A DNA stretch of 64,000 bases from Defluviitaleaceae bacterium (lineage in GTDB: Bacteria; Bacillota; Clostridia; Lachnospirales; UBA5962), in NCBI GenBank assembly GCA_009778165.1, contig WRKF01000188.1:61-64060 (forward strand), read 5' to 3'. Under the pieces are notes generated by a model, which saw only the letters and a list, made by a program, of their open reading frames with translations, was not told the origin of the DNA and made no database searches. Made by a program: the position numbers and the translations under genes. Positions 1 to 8,208 of the stretch are shown here, piece by piece (position 1 is the stretch's first letter; each line of letters begins with the position of its first letter).

Positions 1-1
1 T

Positions 2-235
2 GATACCCTGGATAATAAGTGGAATCTTGAGGATTTTAGGAAACTTGTTGAGTGGTATGAAAGGAAGGCTGCACGAAGCGCAGAGCAGAAAGGGGAAGCT
101 GTGGGGATGGAAAAAATGATAATCACGGCTATTAAAAATAGCGTTCCCCTCCAAGCTGTTGAAGCCATGTGTCGAGATGCTGGAATCACAGAAGCCCGTC
201 TTGTTGAACTGAAAAACCAAGCACAAATGGCTTAA
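2..235 (+). CDS. 3' end of an ORF cut by the window edge; the tail resembles the C-terminus of Rpn / PD-(D/E)XK 'putative transposase' family proteins
   Basis: The frame is open from the window edge to TAA at 233-235 (...EQKGEAVGMEKMIITAIKNSVPLQAVEAMCRDAGITEARLVELKNQAQMA*). It has the same tail architecture as the complete Rpn-like gene at 58458-59459 and is followed by the same downstream repeat family. Confidence 0.4.
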   Translation, partial: DTLDNKWNLEDFRKLVEWYERKAARSAEQKGEAVGMEKMIITAIKNSVPLQAVEAMCRDAGITEARLVELKNQAQMA

Positions 236-401
236 CCTAATTAAACGGCAAAATACAAAAGCCCGCGCGTACAGGCACCATTGTACGCCCTCTCAAAATA
301 ATTGGGGCTTGCCCTTCAAAATTTACCGTAAACCGCCGCAGAAAGTTTTTAAAATTAACTTTCTAGGGCAGTTTTTTGGTGGTTATTGACAACGGAAAAA
401 T

Positions 402-578
402 GGCGAAGAGCAAAAGAGGAAACGGTGCAATACGGGAGTTTTTGGTGTGAAAAAAGTCCGTTCTAATGCGAACTATGAAACTTTCTATGTGAGACTCTAT
501 GAGTGAGTTGGCAAAGAATTTTTTTGTGCCGAGAAATATAAAAATATTATATCACAGATAGCATGGACAAAACAAGAA
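402..578 (+). repeat. Dispersed repeat family X, copy 1 (single arm)
   Basis: Contains GTTCTAATGCGAACTATGAAACTTTCTATGTGAGACTCTATG...GAATTTTTTTGTGCCGAGAAATATAAAAATATTATAT...GCATGGACAAAACAAGA. It is homologous to 13993-14193 (inverted) and to both arms of 58185-58399. The flank at 402-459 matches 58400-58457 (inverted). Confidence 0.8.
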
Positions 579-915
579 GAACTCGGTCATTGTGGCATCT
601 ATATACTCCGGAAGCAAAATTTCTTTTTTTGAGTTTCTCCTTTTTTTACGTAAACCAATCCCAAGGTGAGTTGAGGAGAAGGTTCTGGGTGTGCGAAGAA
701 ATTTTTAATACCGATATATGATTTCCTGATAGTCTTCTGTGTCATAACGAGCAATTTCGAGAATTATTTCTTGAGGATGGGATATAAAAGTGACAATTAA
801 AATCAAATATTACCCCTGCATCGAACAGTAGGAAAGTTTTTTGTTGAAAAATATCTAATAAACACCAAAAACTTTCCGATTGTTTGTGCAGGAGTAATAG
901 TTTAAAATGGAACCG

Positions 916-1980
916 CTACAATAATGCTTCCATTATTTGAACTCCATTGGTGGCGGCTCCTTTACGTAAATTGTCTGCCACTATAAACATGTTAACACCG
1001 TTAGTGGAAAAATCTTGCCGTATGCGGCCGACAAAAACGGTGTCTTTGCCATTGGTTTTTATTGGCATGGGGGTGTCTGTTACGGCTACTCCCGGGGAGC
1101 TATCAAGCAATTTTATAAGATCGTTTAGTTGATATTCTTTTTCCAACACTATGTTTACGCTTTCGCTGTGGCCATGTATGATTGGTATTCTGACAGCGGT
1201 GGCAGTTATGGGTAGGTTGGGCAGTCCCAATATTTTTTTGGTTTCGTTCATAATTTTCATTTCTTCTGTTGTGTAGCCGTTTTCTGTGATGTCGCCTATT
1301 GTTGGTAAAACATTGTTTGCAATGTAGTCGGGAAAAGCCTTTAGCTCATAATGATGGTACGGATTAAGTATATCTACAGTGTTTTTTACGTGATCAGGTT
1401 CTAGTAAAGTATCGTTTATGCGTTGGGTTTGCCAGCTCAGTTTAGCGATGCCTGTTAAAAGATCGCTAAGCCCGTCTTTTCCTGCTCCGGAAACAGCTTG
1501 GTATGTGCTGATTACAACCCGTTTAAGACCGTATGTGCGGTGCAATGGTGCAAGGACAACGGTTGCTTGTATTGTGGTACAGTTAGGGTTAGCTATAATG
1601 TTTTTGTGATTTTTTAAAGCATTAGGGTTCACCTCCGGCACCACAAGGGGTACATCTTCTTTCATGCGAAAATGGGAGCTGTTGTCTATTACTACAATTC
1701 CTTTTTTTGTAGCGATCGGAGCGTATTTTTCACTTGTTTCATTGTCTGCACAAAAAAACGCATAATCTATATCTTTATCAAACGAGTTTTCCGCTATGGA
1801 TTCTACCGTGTACTCTTTGCCCTTAAAATTTAGCTTTTTGCCGGAAGATGCAGGAGAGGCGAACAGATATAACGCTTTTACGTTATATCCCCCCTCACGC
1901 TCCCTTTGCTCCAATACTTTCAAAAACTGTAAGCCAACAAGACCGCCGGCTCCTACTAACGCTAAATTTACTTCTTTCAT
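916..1980 (-). CDS. asd: Aspartate-semialdehyde dehydrogenase
   Basis: 354-aa ORF with N-terminal NAD-binding LALVGAGGLVG, active-site region IANPNCTTIQ and STYQAVSGAG. Confidence 0.92.
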   Translation of the reverse strand: MKEVNLALVGAGGLVGLQFLKVLEQREREGGYNVKALYLFASPASSGKKLNFKGKEYTVESIAENSFDKDIDYAFFCADNETSEKYAPIATKKGIVVIDNSSHFRMKEDVPLVVPEVNPNALKNHKNIIANPNCTTIQATVVLAPLHRTYGLKRVVISTYQAVSGAGKDGLSDLLTGIAKLSWQTQRINDTLLEPDHVKNTVDILNPYHHYELKAFPDYIANNVLPTIGDITENGYTTEEMKIMNETKKILGLPNLPITATAVRIPIIHGHSESVNIVLEKEYQLNDLIKLLDSSPGVAVTDTPMPIKTNGKDTVFVGRIRQDFSTNGVNMFIVADNLRKGAATNGVQIMEALL

Positions 1981-1992
1981 AAATGTTTACTC

Positions 1993-3192
1993 CTATTCTG
2001 TTTCCGCTACCCAACCTTCTATAACTTCTATAGCCTTTTGCAGTTGAATATCGTATTCAAATGCTATTTGGTGTATTCTGGCACTTTGGTAGTCCTCTAT
2101 CTCTACTATATATGTTGGGGTTAGGCCGTACCCATCTATAGCTGTGCCGTTTGGTGTGTAGTAGGTGGCAATGGTTATCCTGAGTGCGCTGCCGTCCGGC
2201 AAGGGTACGATGTCTTGCACGGAACCTTTTCCGAAGCTCTGCTGACCAACAAGGCGAGCAACACCGTGATCAACTGCAGCACCTGCCAAAACTTCCGAGG
2301 CAGAAGCGGAATGTCCGTTTATAAGTATTACCAGCGGGATTTCTATTTCTCCCGGGGTGCTGTACCGTGCACGGCGGTTGCCGGTACTATCTTGAATATA
2401 TAGTATAGCTCCTTCCGGCACTAACCTGCTTGTTATATTAACCACTACATCAAGCATACCGCCGGGGTTGTTACGCAAATCAAGTATTAAACCTTCCATG
2501 CCTTGAGATGCAAGGTTTTCGTAAGCACTTACAAATTGCCCGTATGTAACCCTGTCAAAACCTGACAAATGTACATATCCTATGTTGTTTTCCAACATTT
2601 CATAATGTACTGTGGGGATTTCTATTACAGCCCTTATTATTTCGATTTCAAACGTACGGTTTTCCATTTCCCTGTATATCGTTAAATTAACTGGCGTGCC
2701 TTCTTCCCCTTGAATCATACCGATTGTGATGACTAGGTCATTTGCGGTAATATCCTCGCCGTTTACTTCCAATATGCGGTCTCCTGGCAAAATACCTGCA
2801 TTGTAGGCAGGAGAGCCTCTGTAAGGCGAAACTATGAGAACGCTACCGTCCTCTGTGCGAGAAACAACGGCACCTATCCCAACAAATGTGCCGGCTGAAA
2901 GTTCCCTGAAGCGTCGAAACTCGTAAGCGGTCATATAGGATGTATAGATGTCGCCAACCCCATCTAACAGACCCGAAAACATAGCATCTTGCATGGCTTG
3001 ATGATCGAGATCTCCTATAAACCTATCTTCCAGTATTGACACTATTAGCTCTATTTTTTCTGCCACGGGGATTTCTTGTTCAAAATGCCTCCTGTAAAAC
3101 ACCATGCCTCCGCTAACAACAGTGTGTCCCCAAACTATTACTATAATGCCGACCAATATACCTTTAATAAATGTGCTTCTTTCTTGCTTCAT
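1993..3192 (-). CDS. S41 family C-terminal processing peptidase (Ctp-like), membrane anchored
   Basis: N-terminal TM segment, PDZ-like region (GILPGDRILEVNG), and catalytic region NGHSASASEVLAGA ... FGKGSVQ. I moved the start to ATG 3192, which is preceded by AAGGAGG; the ORF track begins at 3216. Confidence 0.88.
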   Translation of the reverse strand: MKQERSTFIKGILVGIIVIVWGHTVVSGGMVFYRRHFEQEIPVAEKIELIVSILEDRFIGDLDHQAMQDAMFSGLLDGVGDIYTSYMTAYEFRRFRELSAGTFVGIGAVVSRTEDGSVLIVSPYRGSPAYNAGILPGDRILEVNGEDITANDLVITIGMIQGEEGTPVNLTIYREMENRTFEIEIIRAVIEIPTVHYEMLENNIGYVHLSGFDRVTYGQFVSAYENLASQGMEGLILDLRNNPGGMLDVVVNITSRLVPEGAILYIQDSTGNRRARYSTPGEIEIPLVILINGHSASASEVLAGAAVDHGVARLVGQQSFGKGSVQDIVPLPDGSALRITIATYYTPNGTAIDGYGLTPTYIVEIEDYQSARIHQIAFEYDIQLQKAIEVIEGWVAETE

Positions 3193-3552
3193 GTGAACCT
3201 CCTTAGACATAACCAAAATCGGGGTATGATTTTGGTTTTTGCAAATTTTTCATAATTTTTCATTGATTTTTACACTTTTGCCGTTTTGAACACATTTTAT
3301 GTGCATTTGGGCGTGAAGTGTTTTGTGTGATAAATTACGCCGATTTTTAAACAGAATTTCTATGATATTGCTCCTATAATTTTTATAGTCCTAATGATAC
3401 CATAAATTAATTTTATTCGCAACCCTGATGATTATTCCGCCACGCCAAACGCACGAAGTGAAAAGCCTTGGGAGCTTTGCCTCCTCTAATAAATTTTGGC
3501 TACAAATAAACCTCCATGGAGTGCGTTAGCTTTTTTGCTACGCCCGGTATAA

Positions 3553-3593
3553 GACAAAAATTAGGAAGTCAGACCAAGAACAATCTGACTTCC
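3553..3593 (-). terminator. Rho-independent terminator closing the long minus-strand operon
   Basis: Perfect 10-bp stem GGAAGTCAGA / TCTGACTTCC (3564-3573 / 3584-3593) followed on the minus strand by TAATTTTTGT. Confidence 0.7.
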
Positions 3594-3614
3594 GCTCTCC
3601 TTTTCCAAAAAACT

Positions 3615-4484
3615 CTAAACGATAGTACCCTCGTTATTTAGCGGGCTAAACCCTGCCCCCAACACTTCTGTTGCAGAAGTAACAATAATAAAGGCTTGGG
3701 GATCTACCTCTTTTACTATTTCCTTTGCCTTAACCAATTCTTTTTGGCTCATTATACAGAGGAGCATATCTCGGGATTGCCCTGTATACACTCCTTTCGC
3801 AGGGATAGATGTAATACCCCTGGATATGTTCGTCAAAAGAACCTTACTTATTTCTTCAGACTTGGCAGATAATATAAACGCCGCCTTTGCAGACTGCACA
3901 CCGGAAATAACAACATCTGTAACCTTTACCGTAATAAAGATAGACACTACTGCATACATGGTGTTGATTGCCCCAAACATCAACATACCGCTCATTATAA
4001 CAACAAAATCCATGGTGAAGAGTATGCTTGTAAGTTTTACGTGCTTTAAATATCTGTGTATGATTGCCGCCAAAAGCGTGGAGCCGCCGCTTGTCGCTCC
4101 CTGGCGCAACATCATTGCCACACTGAGTCCTACCATAACTCCCCCAAACACAGCACTAAGCGTCAAATCAGGGTAAATGGAGGGAATGTGTTGGGCAAAA
4201 GAAAGAGCCACAGTAACTGCCCCAATCGCATACACACTTTTCATAAAAACATCTCTACCTATAATTCTAAACCCCATAAACAAAATCGGCAAGTTTAAAC
4301 TTATATTTGTAACCCACAGGGGAATAGTGAACGGCAAATGAGCTTCACTCAAGTTTAAAAAAATGATTGATAACCCACTTACCCCACCCGTTACTATCCC
4401 ATGATGAACATAAAAAATTTGTAGCCCAACAGCAAATATAATCGCTGCTAACGTTATTTCCAGGTATTCTCTAAATTTTTTCAT
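3615..4484 (-). CDS. YitT family membrane protein (polytopic domain plus C-terminal DUF2179-like domain)
   Basis: 289-aa ORF with GIVTGGVSGLSII, several TM helices, and a soluble C-terminal domain (KELVKAKEIVKEVDPQAFIIVTSATEVLGAGF). It starts 10 nt after the tagA-like stop. Confidence 0.8.
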   Translation of the reverse strand: MKKFREYLEITLAAIIFAVGLQIFYVHHGIVTGGVSGLSIIFLNLSEAHLPFTIPLWVTNISLNLPILFMGFRIIGRDVFMKSVYAIGAVTVALSFAQHIPSIYPDLTLSAVFGGVMVGLSVAMMLRQGATSGGSTLLAAIIHRYLKHVKLTSILFTMDFVVIMSGMLMFGAINTMYAVVSIFITVKVTDVVISGVQSAKAAFILSAKSEEISKVLLTNISRGITSIPAKGVYTGQSRDMLLCIMSQKELVKAKEIVKEVDPQAFIIVTSATEVLGAGFSPLNNEGTIV

Positions 4485-4494
4485 TTGATTTGTC

Positions 4495-5226
4495 CTATTC
4501 TTTTCTCTTTTTTGAAATTTTTTCAGTAACTACTCTAAAAACAAACTTTGGCAATGCACCCATGCGCACAATACGCTTGGGGTCAGTGGCAAGCCTGTAA
4601 AACCACTCCAGGTTAAGAGATACAAAAGCTCGTGGGGCACGTTTTACAACTCCTGCCATAACATCTATTGCACCACCAACACCTACGGAAATCTTCACAG
4701 GAAACCCTTTATTTTTTTGCATCCATTTTTCTTGCTTTGGCGCTCCCAACCCCACAAGCAGGACATGAGGTTCAAGTCGTTCTATTTCCTGTATTATAAC
4801 TTTTTCTTGGGTAATATCAAAATAGCCGCTGTGAAAGCCTATCACTGCTATATTTTTGTATTTAGCCTCTATTTTTTCTTTTGCCATTTTGGCTACACCA
4901 TCTTTTGCACCCAATATGTATACTGTAGTGCCGGCAGGGGCTAACTCAAAAAAAGAAAGCATTAAATCTATACCGGCAACTCGCTGCGACAGCTTGGGTT
5001 TCATAATATAAGATGCAAGCACTAACCCAATCCCATCAGGCACTACCAAATCCGCCTGTTTTATTATATCTGCCAGCTCTTTGTCTTTTTGGGCTTTCAT
5101 CACTATTTCCGGGTTGGGGGTTATCACAATATTGTTTTTATCTCCCTGCAAAAAAGCAAGAAGTTTTTTCACAGCATTTTCCAATGTTATGTTTTCTATT
5201 GGTATGTCTAAAATATAAGTTTTCAT
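4495..5226 (-). CDS. WecB/TagA/CpsF family glycosyltransferase (N-acetylmannosaminyltransferase-like)
   Basis: ILDIPIENITLENAV..., NIVITPNPEIVMKA, DLVVPDGIGLVLAS, GAPKQEKWM. ATG 5226 overlaps the upstream stop as TAATG. An alternative GTG start lies at 5262. Confidence 0.82.
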   Translation of the reverse strand: MKTYILDIPIENITLENAVKKLLAFLQGDKNNIVITPNPEIVMKAQKDKELADIIKQADLVVPDGIGLVLASYIMKPKLSQRVAGIDLMLSFFELAPAGTTVYILGAKDGVAKMAKEKIEAKYKNIAVIGFHSGYFDITQEKVIIQEIERLEPHVLLVGLGAPKQEKWMQKNKGFPVKISVGVGGAIDVMAGVVKRAPRAFVSLNLEWFYRLATDPKRIVRMGALPKFVFRVVTEKISKKRKE

Positions 5227-5840
5227 TAGCGTATTTCGTAGGAACCCCTTATTATAAACCACGCACCGGCAGAGGTTACTATAACCCCCCTTCCGTCGTT
5301 GCGAGGCACTATTAGCACATTGTTTATTGGTACAAAATCTCCATTAAACAGTTCTGTGCCTGCGGTAACGTTTATAATACCGTCATACACTTCTGTAAAT
5401 GATATTGCAGAACCGCCACGCAATATTATTTCTGTGCCTTCACCACCGATAAGCATATGCCCCCCCGGCACATATACCGGAGTGTATCTCTCTACACTCG
5501 GCTCCGGAATCGGTGCCGGTGCGGGAGGAGGAGCAGGAGCAGGAGCCTGCCATGAGCCTGCCATGCCCCCTGTTTGGCCCAGGTTTTCCAAAACAGTTCT
5601 CGATATATCTTGTATTAGAAAATTCAGCATTTCGTCACTAATGCCTGCTGCTTGCTGACCATGAGCCGCCAAACGCTGCTCCAAATAGCTACGAGAGATA
5701 AGCGGATCACCTTCTGTACCCGGCTGGTTCGCTATTATTGTAAATGCCGGCACAAGTGCGATTACAAAAAGCACAACAAAAATCTTGGTTTTCATACTTT
5801 TTATACTTTTAACACTTTTTATACTTTTGCAAATTTTCAT
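5226..5840 (-). CDS. Hypothetical signal-anchored protein with a Pro/Ala linker and a beta-rich C-terminal domain
   Basis: 204-aa ORF with a basic KSIKSVKSIKS N-terminus, hydrophobic segment IFVVLFVIALVPAFTII, linker APAPAPPPAPAPIPEP, and a Gly/beta-rich C-terminus. I recognise no family. Confidence 0.55.
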   Translation of the reverse strand: MKICKSIKSVKSIKSMKTKIFVVLFVIALVPAFTIIANQPGTEGDPLISRSYLEQRLAAHGQQAAGISDEMLNFLIQDISRTVLENLGQTGGMAGSWQAPAPAPPPAPAPIPEPSVERYTPVYVPGGHMLIGGEGTEIILRGGSAISFTEVYDGIINVTAGTELFNGDFVPINNVLIVPRNDGRGVIVTSAGAWFIIRGSYEIR

Positions 5841-5841
5841 G

Positions 5842-7263
5842 CTAGTCCTCCTCTATTCTATATTCTTTTGAAAACCCCGTTGAGGGGAAAAGCTCCCCAA
5901 AACCCATATCAACCACCTTTACATTAAAATAGTTGCCTGTGTATACAATGGAAATATTTAACCGTGTTGTAAGGGGAGGGGTGTGTATAGGGTCTATGTT
6001 TAAAGTCTGTGCAAGACTCACATCTCCTGCGGGGCTACGTTTTACTATATCTATTGTAAAAGGTTTTCTTGTGTCGTCTGCTACAATCACGGTGCAGTTA
6101 TAGGAACGCCCTGGGGAAAAGTTTTCACGTTCTATTATCGGCACAAAAACATCTGTTTTCCCTTGCTTTACATTTACGCCTATATCGTGATAAAGTTGGG
6201 TAAAACCTTCAATCGTTATTTCCTTAGCTATATCTTTTGGTATAAAACCCAGCTTTTTTGCCCCAATAATAGTGGCTCCCATTGCACTCATTGCCCCCTT
6301 ATGCTTTACCACATTAGCATCGGGAAAAAGCTCATCTACCACACCTTTGCTCCAAGACATTTCAAAACCGCCCCCGACTAAAAGAACAGTGTCTATATCA
6401 GAAATATCCACACCCTGCTTATCGAAGAAATTTTTTAAAAATTCCATCATTGTACGGCGAAGCGGGCTTATCATTTCTTTTACGTTAGCTTCTGCCACTT
6501 TGCATGTTACGGGAGGAAAACAAAAGTTCATGTATAGCTTTGTCGATTTTTGCCTTAAAAAAACCTGATCTTTATGCTCCTGCACAAAATTTTTAATGTT
6601 TATCATATCTTCCTTTTTAAGATAAGACGCATTTTGTGCTTTTACAAAAATACTTGCAAAATATTCTTCTAACGATGCCTCCAGTAAATAGGTAGCAACT
6701 TTTGCCTCTTCAGTTCGGCTTTCTTGCTTTATTTCTTTCCCTATTGTGTACAGCCCTGCCCGCAAGCCCCTTGCACCATAGTCAAGCAAAAGAAGTTTTT
6801 CGTTTTGCGGTTTTTTTGTAAAATAGTGGTATTCAAAGATACATTTGCTGTGCGGAACAAAAAAAGTAATACTTTTGTATTTATCAAAAGCAATTTTGAA
6901 ATTTTTGGTTTCGCCACCGGTTTGACTCACAACGATAGCAGCCAACTGAGCCCTTGGATTTATACTCAAAATATTTCTTAAAAACTCATCCACATATCTT
7001 ATCCAATGTTCCGGTTTGGTGGCACTTGAAAAAAGCCGACACAAAACAGGGTTGCTTTGGCTTTGATTTTGCAGTGCATAGTCGCCAAAAACCCATTCTT
7101 TTGTTTCTTTTATAAATTGGAGTGCTGTGGCCATCGTTGTTTTGCCGTAACCTCCGCTTATATCCAACGTTTGCGGAGCCATTTTTTTTGTGTCAAAATA
7201 AGCTAAAGAGCTGGTCGCATCTCCAATATCTATCCCTAAAATAAATTGGTTCTCTTTTAACAT
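5842..7263 (-). CDS. Divergent Hsp70/actin-fold ATPase paralog with a degenerate phosphate-2 motif and an SBD-beta-like C-terminus
   Basis: ILGIDIGDATSSLAYF (phosphate-1-like), LLLDYGARGLRAGLY (degenerate DxGGGTFD), VLLVGGGFEMSWSKGVVDELF (adenosine motif). The C-terminal beta region is HDIGVNV...FVPIIERENFSP...NVKVVDMG, and the protein ends ...EYRIEED. Confidence 0.7.
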   Translation of the reverse strand: MLKENQFILGIDIGDATSSLAYFDTKKMAPQTLDISGGYGKTTMATALQFIKETKEWVFGDYALQNQSQSNPVLCRLFSSATKPEHWIRYVDEFLRNILSINPRAQLAAIVVSQTGGETKNFKIAFDKYKSITFFVPHSKCIFEYHYFTKKPQNEKLLLLDYGARGLRAGLYTIGKEIKQESRTEEAKVATYLLEASLEEYFASIFVKAQNASYLKKEDMINIKNFVQEHKDQVFLRQKSTKLYMNFCFPPVTCKVAEANVKEMISPLRRTMMEFLKNFFDKQGVDISDIDTVLLVGGGFEMSWSKGVVDELFPDANVVKHKGAMSAMGATIIGAKKLGFIPKDIAKEITIEGFTQLYHDIGVNVKQGKTDVFVPIIERENFSPGRSYNCTVIVADDTRKPFTIDIVKRSPAGDVSLAQTLNIDPIHTPPLTTRLNISIVYTGNYFNVKVVDMGFGELFPSTGFSKEYRIEED

Positions 7264-7269
7264 GTCATT

Positions 7270-8208
7270 TTATCTCGCAACTACTACACTCGCTCTAATT
7301 ATCACTACTCCACTTTGATGGTAACCTTGGTTCGATACCTTTATTATTTCCCCTTTTTTAAACCCCTCTTGGCTTTGGGTCATTATTACCTCGTGTTCTC
7401 TGCCGTTAAATGTAGTGTGTGGCGGCGGATTTATAGGGCGTATACCATAATTAATCAAAGTTGTGTTTATCATACTATTTGCTTCTTCCACAACTTGTAT
7501 ATACATTAGCACATCCATTTCCGTGCTTTCTTTCAGCCTGGCTATACTGTAGTTTAGTAGGTCGTTAAACGTTGTTATTTCAAACAATAGCCTATCTTTT
7601 TTGTATGCCATCTCTTTTTTGTTTAATGTCTGCATATGGCTATTTACAGACTTTGCAACCTTTTGTTGTATTTTGGGATCATTTTGAAGCTCCACAAAAA
7701 ATTCTTCCGCAAGCTGTAAATTTATATCTTTTATATTATCCCATTGCTCCAATGCAAAATCTTGTATATTAAGAGTTTGGGGATTATATGTCATTTCCTC
7801 TGTTTCTTCCAAAAAACTTTGCAACGCATCTTTTATATTTTCAATTTTTATGACTAATGTTTCAGATATAGCCTTTATTATTTGGTGTTCTTCCTGATGG
7901 TCGATTAGGGTTTCTTCATATTCTCTACAATATTCTATAATGCTTATAAAGGTATCTATTACCACATTTGTCAAATATTTCATTACCTTGCATTTGCTGT
8001 AAAGGGTTTCAGAATAGCCTTTAACCGGCTCCCAGCTTCGTATGCTAAAATAAAGTATGTCGTCAAAAATCTTCACAAAAGTTTCCAGTTGTTGGTCATA
8101 GGCTTCTTTTGTTAGGGGTTCAATACTTGCCTTTAGCGGAGCATATGCGGCAAGGGCTGTCAAAAAGTTTGGCTGTGGCATATGAATCTCCTTGTTAGTA
8201 TAACTCAT
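7270..8208 (-). CDS. GrpE-like nucleotide exchange factor with an extended helical N-terminus
   Basis: The last ~60 aa (YGIRPINPPPHTTFNGREHEVIMTQSQEGFKKGEIIKVSNQGYHQSGVVIIRASVVVAR) align by eye with the GrpE C-terminal beta-domain (F-P/N-x-H-x-A/V ... KGY-x-x-x-G-x-x-I/L-R-x-A/S-x-V-x-V). It overlaps the Hsp70 gene by 14 nt. Confidence 0.65.
   Translation of the reverse strand: MSYTNKEIHMPQPNFLTALAAYAPLKASIEPLTKEAYDQQLETFVKIFDDILYFSIRSWEPVKGYSETLYSKCKVMKYLTNVVIDTFISIIEYCREYEETLIDHQEEHQIIKAISETLVIKIENIKDALQSFLEETEEMTYNPQTLNIQDFALEQWDNIKDINLQLAEEFFVELQNDPKIQQKVAKSVNSHMQTLNKKEMAYKKDRLLFEITTFNDLLNYSIARLKESTEMDVLMYIQVVEEANSMINTTLINYGIRPINPPPHTTFNGREHEVIMTQSQEGFKKGEIIKVSNQGYHQSGVVIIRASVVVAR

Noticed and set aside
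563-721. 52-codon ORF (MDKTRRTRSLWHLYTPEAKF...) starting inside repeat X copy 1
   Set aside because: The ATGGACAAAACAAGA start is part of the repeat. In copy 2 the same start gives only a 10-codon ORF, and copy 3 lacks it. There is no RBS, and the product is hydrophobic and low-complexity.
3430-3550. Possible fourth, degenerate copy of repeat family A (…CACGCCAAACGCAC…GGAGTGCGTTAGCTTTTTTGCTACG…)
   Set aside because: The similarity is limited to short words (GTGCGTT-GCT). I could not produce a convincing alignment by eye.
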